NCBI GenBank assembly: GCA_016180645.1 | Contig: JACPAV010000003.1 | Location: 310,001 to 332,388 of the forward strand | Source: Nitrospirota bacterium | GTDB lineage: Bacteria; JACPQY01 | Length of the DNA: 22,388 bases | Direction of reading: 5' to 3' | Part shown: piece after piece, positions 17,125 through 22,388 of the stretch | Layout of the letters: each line of letters begins with the position of its first letter | Position numbering within the stretch: position 1 is the stretch's first letter | Translations under genes and position numbers: made by a program | The notes under the pieces: generated by a model | The model's database searches: none | Seen by the model: the letters and a program-made list of their open reading frames with translations, nothing else | What the model was told of the DNA's origin: nothing

Positions 17125-18354
17125 TTACCTGGGGGTTCGACGGCGGAAGGCCATCCAGCCCACAAACAGCATCAGCACAGCCGCCGCAGCCATCAAGATG
17201 GTTTTCCCCGGGAGCTGCTTTTTCGCCGGCACATGGAACTTGTCCCGCGCCATGGCGAATTGCATCGCGGAATGGTTCCCGGGGAGCTGCGGATGGAATT
17301 CGTAGGTCAGGACGGCCTCCACGGAGAAGGGGCCGGGCGGCACGGTTTCATTGAACTGAAAGGTCTCACGGCGGGTTTCCTGCGGGCGGACGCGATTGTC
17401 GCTGATCACCTTCACGGAATTGAGAAACATATCCGTGATGCTTTCGTTTGGAATTTCGGCGCCGGAACGATCCGCCAGAATTCGCCGATACACCAGATCC
17501 CGCGCGCCCAGAAGCCGGCCTTTCTCATCCACCAAGCGGGCGGTCAGGACCAACTTGCGCGCCGGGAGGCCCGTCGGTATGGCGTGTCCGGATTCGCTGT
17601 TGGTCACATAGACGATCGCTTCCAGTCCCTGACCTTTTCTTTCAGCGAGCACGGAGATTTTCGCGGCATTTCCGACCCGGATCTGGGAGTGCCCTCCCAT
17701 CACGGAATGCGAAGTGACGGTCTTGGTGCTGGGCGCCACATCGCGGTCGACGATGGTGAACCGGATGTCCTCCGGCATGTGGCAATTCTGGCATGCCGTG
17801 CCCGATCCGGGGTACGGGCCGGTGCTCCACTCTTCATAGGTATTCATGACGTGGAGGCCGTGGGCATTGATCACTTCGTGACAGCCGCCGCAAAACTCAC
17901 CCTTCTTGTGCAGAGGGGAAAAGGCGTTCTTGTGACCTTTCTCCGTAAGCTCGCTCGGCTGGAATGGACCCCACTTCGTATCTCCCGGCTGGACCTTGTA
18001 CCGTTGGAGGCCGGGCCCCATCGGCAGGAGATCCGTGACAGAGTGGCAGAAATCGCAGGTAACTCCCTCGCGTGCCACCGGATCCGAAAGTTTGTCGTCC
18101 CCGGTGATTTGGGTGATCGGGGCGTGGCAGGAGAGGCAGTAGCGTCGATCCTCCGGCCGGGTAACCGTGTCGAAGCTCGCGCGGAAGACCGGATCTTCGA
18201 GCGAGAGGGCGTGCATGGAGTCCTTCCATTCGGAATAGATCCCCGAATGGCATTCGCCGCATTTCTTGGCGCTCTCGAAGCGGTTGGCAGCCCACGCAGA
18301 CGACGAGGCCATTTCAGAAAGAAGCAGAGCGACAGGGAGGAAGGCGATTCTCAC
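17125..18354 (-). CDS. Pentaheme cytochrome c (c554-like N-terminal region) with beta-rich domain and C-terminal TM anchor
   Basis: GTG start and signal peptide. CGECH..IY.EW..S.H, CLSCH, GVTCDFCH, CGGCH and CQNCH. GHAIPTG motif. Terminal hydrophobic helix followed by RRR. Confidence 0.87.
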   Translation of the reverse strand: MRIAFLPVALLLSEMASSSAWAANRFESAKKCGECHSGIYSEWKDSMHALSLEDPVFRASFDTVTRPEDRRYCLSCHAPITQITGDDKLSDPVAREGVTCDFCHSVTDLLPMGPGLQRYKVQPGDTKWGPFQPSELTEKGHKNAFSPLHKKGEFCGGCHEVINAHGLHVMNTYEEWSTGPYPGSGTACQNCHMPEDIRFTIVDRDVAPSTKTVTSHSVMGGHSQIRVGNAAKISVLAERKGQGLEAIVYVTNSESGHAIPTGLPARKLVLTARLVDEKGRLLGARDLVYRRILADRSGAEIPNESITDMFLNSVKVISDNRVRPQETRRETFQFNETVPPGPFSVEAVLTYEFHPQLPGNHSAMQFAMARDKFHVPAKKQLPGKTILMAAAAVLMLFVGWMAFRRRTPR

Positions 18355-18366
18355 GCGACGAGCGGC

Positions 18367-18834
18367 TTAGTTGTTCGCGGCCCCTTGCTGCACCCAGGCT
18401 TGCACGATGGCGGCTTTGTCGGCGCCAAGGGCCGCTCCGCCGATGTGACCGTCGCCTCCCGTACCTTTCTTGATGAGCTTGCTGTCCGCCGGAGAATCGA
18501 CATTCACGAGGGCTTTGATCCCGGCGTAGTCGTTCGCAGCCACTCCGGTTACCTTGTATGAGCCGATGCCGGCCGCATGGCAATTGCAACTCGCTTGGAG
18601 CACCGGAAGAACGTCCTTGGAAAAGCTGTACTCCGTTCCGCCTGCTCCACCGCCCGCGCCGCCGCCGGTGTCGCCGGTCCCACCGCCTCCACCGCCGGAT
18701 ACGGCCCCGGCCTCTTCAGCGCGGCTGAAGGGGTCGCCGCACGAAGAGAGGGTGAGGAGTGAGGCGCAAGCCGTGAGCAGCAGGAAAGAAAACAGGATCG
18801 ATCGAAGACCTGGAAAATTGCCGCGCATAGCCAC
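18367..18834 (-). CDS. Lipoprotein cytochrome c-like protein with contracted CNCH motif
   Basis: Lipobox LSSC and Gly-rich linker. YSFSKDVLPVLQASCNCH...S.LI.K..G...H.GG...W...GA. Paralog of 20390-20821. Confidence 0.75.
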   Translation of the reverse strand: MAMRGNFPGLRSILFSFLLLTACASLLTLSSCGDPFSRAEEAGAVSGGGGGGTGDTGGGAGGGAGGTEYSFSKDVLPVLQASCNCHAAGIGSYKVTGVAANDYAGIKALVNVDSPADSKLIKKGTGGDGHIGGAALGADKAAIVQAWVQQGAANN

Positions 18835-18840
18835 CTCCGA

Positions 18841-19980
18841 CTAGAATTCGATGACCGCCGCGAGGCGGACCAGATCGTTGGGTTGCTCGTTCGCCGCTTC
18901 GAGGTTGACGAAATACTCGATTCCCGTCGACAGGATCTTGTAGTCCCACCACAGGCCGACGTTGTGGCTGACCATGTCCTTCTCGTCTTTGCGGTCCTTG
19001 TCGAAGTAGAACCCTTCGATGTTGTCGAGCGAGACGAAGCCGGTGCGATATCGACAGCGCAGATCCCATGGGAGCTTGTAGTCCACCTGGAGGTAATCGC
19101 CGAAGTGATAGTAGGAGGTGATGGTGGAGTCACCTTCGACTCGCTCACTGCCCCGCACATACGCCTTGATGAAACCCGCCTTGAGGGAGAGGTTGCTAAG
19201 CGGTCCCACGGGGAGGAATCCGTATGCCGCCGCGGCGTCCAAGCCCACCAGGAACAGGCCGCTGTCGCTGAAGTACTGGTTCCAATAGAACGATCCCCAC
19301 ACGCTGTATTTCCCGGCGCCCAGGCGCAACCGGTCTCCCGCCCCCGCTTGCCCGGAATTTTCCGTCGTCTTGCTGATATCCACCATCTCGTTCAGTTTCC
19401 CCTCGGGACCCGGCACGACGTAGAACTCGTTGTCGATTCGGAGGCCGGGCCTGTCGGTGATGGGGTACAGGAAAGACCCGCCGTAGGTGGTCCAAAGGAA
19501 GGGGACCAGTTTCTGATCGAACCCCGTGAGCCCGCCGTAGGCGCGGTGAAAGAGCGGATCGGCGCCGAACGGCATGAAGATCTTTCCGAACTTCAGCAGC
19601 CGGTTCTTTCCCAGTTTGACGCCCACTTCGAAGAACTTAAAATCGACGATTTCCGCGGAAAAAGAGAATGGCTCGTCCTTCTTCCTCCGGCTCAGGAAAA
19701 CGAAATGATGGTAATTCTTGAAGTAATCTTTGCCCTCTTCGGGGTTGCCCGTGAACTTCTCCTTCTCATAGGTGAGATCGAAGCGACCGTTGATCATGAA
19801 TCCGGAGAGCTGAATTCCCGGCGCCGGCTTCCCGCTTTCGGATTCCGATTCCTCGGCCGCCAGCACCCACATGGGCATCAGGACCACCATGAGCGCCGTC
19901 GCCAGGAACAATCCGAGCCAAACCAGGATTGAGCTGACCGCTGAATGCTGAGCGCTGACCGCTCCGCTCTCACTTTGCAT
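18841..19980 (-). CDS. Predicted outer-membrane beta-barrel (porin-like) protein
   Basis: Likely start ATG 19980, overlapping the upstream stop. Signal peptide and aromatic-rich alternating strands (INGRFDLTYE, LKFGKIFMPFG, DYLQVDYKL). C-terminal LVRLAAVIEF ends in Phe. No heme motifs. Confidence 0.72.
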   Translation of the reverse strand: MQSESGAVSAQHSAVSSILVWLGLFLATALMVVLMPMWVLAAEESESESGKPAPGIQLSGFMINGRFDLTYEKEKFTGNPEEGKDYFKNYHHFVFLSRRKKDEPFSFSAEIVDFKFFEVGVKLGKNRLLKFGKIFMPFGADPLFHRAYGGLTGFDQKLVPFLWTTYGGSFLYPITDRPGLRIDNEFYVVPGPEGKLNEMVDISKTTENSGQAGAGDRLRLGAGKYSVWGSFYWNQYFSDSGLFLVGLDAAAAYGFLPVGPLSNLSLKAGFIKAYVRGSERVEGDSTITSYYHFGDYLQVDYKLPWDLRCRYRTGFVSLDNIEGFYFDKDRKDEKDMVSHNVGLWWDYKILSTGIEYFVNLEAANEQPNDLVRLAAVIEF

Positions 19981-20320
19981 GGCACACCTCGCAATCGACC
20001 TCTTCATCCTCCGGGTAGAAGGCGACATCACCGTTGTGGCACGCGCCGCAGTACTTGCCGGCGTCTATGTCTTCATGCGTCATGCCCACCTTCTTCTGCA
20101 TCGAGAAGAGTGAGGCATGGCAAGCATAGCACTTGAACTCCTCCTGGTGCTTCCAGTGAGGAAACTTGGCGACCTCTTCGTCGGCTTCCTCGACGCGCGT
20201 CATCGTGATCCACGCGGGATTGGCCACGAGCAACTTCCCGCCCCCAAGAACGGCGCCCGCGACGATCCCAACGGACATCAGGAATAAAATCTTTCTTCGG
20301 TCATGGTCGGATTTCATCAT
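19970..20320 (-). CDS. c7-type triheme cytochrome c
   Basis: Start ATG 20320 or 20317 behind GGAGG. FPHWKH....CYACH..LF......GKYCGACHNG..AF......CEVCH is the c(7)-type triheme domain pattern. Confidence 0.88.
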   Translation of the reverse strand: MMKSDHDRRKILFLMSVGIVAGAVLGGGKLLVANPAWITMTRVEEADEEVAKFPHWKHQEEFKCYACHASLFSMQKKVGMTHEDIDAGKYCGACHNGDVAFYPEDEEVDCEVCHAK

Positions 20321-20389
20321 GCCTCCAAACTTAACCAAACGCGCTTCTTGCGATATGACGGAGGTCAATTTTAATCCCGGCGCCTCTCA

Positions 20390-20821
20390 TCAGTTCCCGC
20401 ACGCTCCCAGGGAGATCCACGCGCTTACGATCCGATATTCACCGGAAGATTCGGCCAGGATTGCGCCGCCTCCGTGGGACGTCTGACCGGAAGCCTTCAT
20501 GAGAAGGTAGCTCTCCGTCGGCTTCCCGGGAGTGACGAGTCCTTTTACCATGGAGTAGTCGCCCGTTGCATCCGTGGCCAAAACAAATGCAGTCGCCCCC
20601 CCCGGCAGGCCCGGAGCGTGGCAGCCGGCGCACCTCGACCGCAGCAGGGGGTACACTTCATTCGAGAAATTGCTCTCCTCCTGGCACGTCGGAGGGGGCG
20701 AGTCCTCCTCTGTGCTTCCTCGATCGGAGAGTCCGCAGCCTGGAATCGTGAGCAGTGAGCCGCAAGTCGCGAGCCGAAAGACTGCGAAAAGGAAAGTGCG
20801 CCTCGCGGTGTCGATTCCCAT
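20390..20821 (-). CDS. Monoheme lipoprotein cytochrome c
   Basis: RRTFL N-terminus and lipobox-like IPGC. FSNEVYPLLRSRCAGCH...ESYLLMKASG..SHGGG...WI..GA resembles planctomycete-type cytochrome c domains. Confidence 0.78.
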   Translation of the reverse strand: MGIDTARRTFLFAVFRLATCGSLLTIPGCGLSDRGSTEEDSPPPTCQEESNFSNEVYPLLRSRCAGCHAPGLPGGATAFVLATDATGDYSMVKGLVTPGKPTESYLLMKASGQTSHGGGAILAESSGEYRIVSAWISLGACGN

Positions 20822-20980
20822 CAGAATCCTTCAAACGCGAGGTTAGCGCACGCCGTGAGCCTCGTCCACTCCGATCGATCGCGCCGCGGCATGTGAGACT
20901 TCAACCGTTTGGATCAGATCGCCGGACGGGGCCGATTTGTTTCGCTCTCAACCCGCTGGTAGCATGAGCAATGGGAAATC

Positions 20981-21931
20981 ATGAGGATTCCGAAGGGATG
21001 CCGCGTATGGGCGCCGGCCATGCTCATGTTTGCCTGCGCGGGGGGCAAGGACGGCATAGCGCCGGATAGCTCCAATCGACCGGGTGTTGATTCCGCGTCT
21101 TCCGCTTCGTCCTTGGCTTTCGCGCGCTTGGTTGCGCACTCCTCCGAAGCCACAGTAGGCGAAGAATACCGAACGCGAAACGTATCCGGAATGGTGGAAA
21201 TCTTCAGCGGCGACAAACTCCGCAGCGACATCCTCGGAGGGGTTGCGCAGGCCAGTGGGCGCTCGGAAATCCCGCTGGTCACCGTGCATGTGGCCGGCAC
21301 TTTGCCGGCGGAGTTTGCGGATGCGCTGTCGGCGGGGCTTGGAGGGCAACCACGGGATTATCAATACGGCCTCACTCTCGTTTTTCCAGCCATTCCGTTC
21401 GACTGGGCGGAGGTTCGCGATCACCCCGCCCTTCAGCCGCTATTTCCCTATCCCCCGTACGGGGTTACCCGGGTTGAAGTGGCCCGGGTGGAGCCGGATT
21501 CGGAGCGTCCGATGTTTTCCGGGTCGGTCTCCCTTTCGTTCAATGAGCTGATCCTCGATGCGGAGCTCGTGGCGCCCCTGCTCCCTCCTTGCGGTCCGCA
21601 ACCAGCGGCCAATGGCTACCCCGGAGGCTTCCCGATCTACTGCGAACCGTACGAAGGGCGGCTTTGGGGATTGCGTGGCCGGCCATGCGGGAGCAGTGAG
21701 GACTGCACGCTGGGCCCCCCGGCACCCTGCTCAGGTTGCAGTCAGCCCTTCAGCCGGACCTTCCTCGACGAAGCGTGGGCCCTCTACGCCCAAACCGCTT
21801 TCTGCCCCCATATATGTCCTATGTTGATTGCGCCATGTCCCGAAAATCCAACGGCTGTTTGCGAGGAAGGTTACTGTCGCATCAAAGCGGAGAGAGAGAG
21901 CGGGTTGCCGCAAGTGGCCGTGTCGAAATAA
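20981..21931 (+). CDS. Hypothetical lipoprotein with Cys-rich C-terminal domain
   Basis: 316-aa ORF with lipobox-like MFAC. C-terminal C....DC...C..C...C...C...C...C..G.C pattern with no CXXCH. Divergent from the cytochrome cluster. Confidence 0.6.
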   Translation: MRIPKGCRVWAPAMLMFACAGGKDGIAPDSSNRPGVDSASSASSLAFARLVAHSSEATVGEEYRTRNVSGMVEIFSGDKLRSDILGGVAQASGRSEIPLVTVHVAGTLPAEFADALSAGLGGQPRDYQYGLTLVFPAIPFDWAEVRDHPALQPLFPYPPYGVTRVEVARVEPDSERPMFSGSVSLSFNELILDAELVAPLLPPCGPQPAANGYPGGFPIYCEPYEGRLWGLRGRPCGSSEDCTLGPPAPCSGCSQPFSRTFLDEAWALYAQTAFCPHICPMLIAPCPENPTAVCEEGYCRIKAERESGLPQVAVSK

Positions 21932-22110
21932 GTGGATGAGTTTCTGTTTCTGTCATTCCCGTGAAAACGGGAATCCAGACTGGATGCCCGCCCCTTGCCA
22001 CGGAGGGCATGGGGCCATGATATGTCGCCGCGCCCAGGACGGCGCGGCATGGACCATGGCCTGCGCGGGCATGACGACCGGATGGAAATTCCATCAGTTG
22101 TTTCGACACG
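21919..22110. repeat. Nested palindromic (REP/dRS3-like) element
   Basis: Outer IR cgtgtcgaaa (21919-21928) / tttcgacacg (22101-22110). Inner gtcATTCCC-gtgaaaac-GGGAATccag (21952-21978). Split partner tggatgcccgcc...ctgcgcgggcatgac (21981-22075). Confidence 0.7.
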
Positions 22111-22117
22111 ATTCCTC

Positions 22118-22222
22118 AGCTCGACTTTTGCCATTTTTCCATGCTGTGTGAACATCGCTCAGAATCTCGCTCGGATGGGAAGGTATCTTCAGACACCGCT
22201 CAAGAACGGCAAAAGTCGAGCT
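22118..22222. mobile_element. MITE-like element, 105 bp
   Basis: Perfect 15-bp terminal inverted repeats agctcgacttttgcc (22118-22132) / ggcaaaagtcgagct (22208-22222). No convincing coding content. Confidence 0.55.
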
Positions 22223-22224
22223 TA

Positions 22225-22388
22225 GAGCCTCTGACGGAATGCCGATTCGTAGGGGAGCATCTTCAGATGCTCCCTCTTGTCCTTGCCTCTTCGTAGGGGA
22301 GCATCTTCAGATGCTCCCTCTTGTCGGGAGGGTCTGAAGACCCTCCCCTACTTGCTCCCTCTTGTCGGGAGGGTCTGAAGACCCTCCC
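22225..22388. repeat. Expanded GTAG-type REP cluster (BIME-like), truncated by the window end
   Basis: Reverse complement of the 14660-14760 element with internal duplications: two gtaggggagcatcttcagatgctccctcttgtc units and two gggagggtctgaagaccctccc units. Confidence 0.8.

Noticed and set aside
16678-18561. Long plus-strand ORFs (627 aa here; also 10889-12340, 12132-13238, 18883-19932) and minus-strand 98-1405
   Set aside because: These are antisense shadows of well-supported genes, expected in GC-rich DNA, with no recognisable motifs.
18841-19980. Calling the barrel MtrB/PioB
   Set aside because: It is much shorter than MtrB-type porins and has no adjacent decaheme MtrA-like gene.
22225-22388. 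CRISPR array
   Set aside because: The repeats are palindromic units in mixed orientation without unique, regular-length spacers, and no cas genes are present. They fit REP/BIME elements.

Overview
GC-rich bacterial DNA from a diderm; the gene content resembles deltaproteobacterial-type lineages, which is inferred and not established. The left part (1-9 kb) holds a thiolase 5' end, a secreted CocE/NonD hydrolase, an orphan DUF2442 gene, scoAB, a TRL-like lipoprotein, an XRE regulator and a BrnT/BrnA toxin-antitoxin pair. It also holds a CHASE2 adenylate cyclase plus class II phosphodiesterase operon with a perfect CRP/FNR-type box upstream. The main feature is a 13-gene minus-strand redox cluster (9150-20821) in two blocks. 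Block 1 has two paralogous monoheme lipoprotein cytochromes (one with a contracted CXCH motif), a c7-type triheme, a predicted outer-membrane beta-barrel, a membrane-anchored pentaheme, and a Rieske/cytochrome b/pentaheme complex. Block 2 has a Met-free Lys-rich monoheme cytochrome, a ttrBCA-ordered Fe-S/NrfD/molybdopterin enzyme and a 9-heme cytochrome; the catalytic subunit appears to have Thr where relatives have the Mo-ligating Cys. A partial Moco-RNA-like leader may precede block 2. Several REP/MITE-like and heptamer repeats are present, and at least four genes look leaderless. All family calls come from motif recognition by eye; no searches were run.
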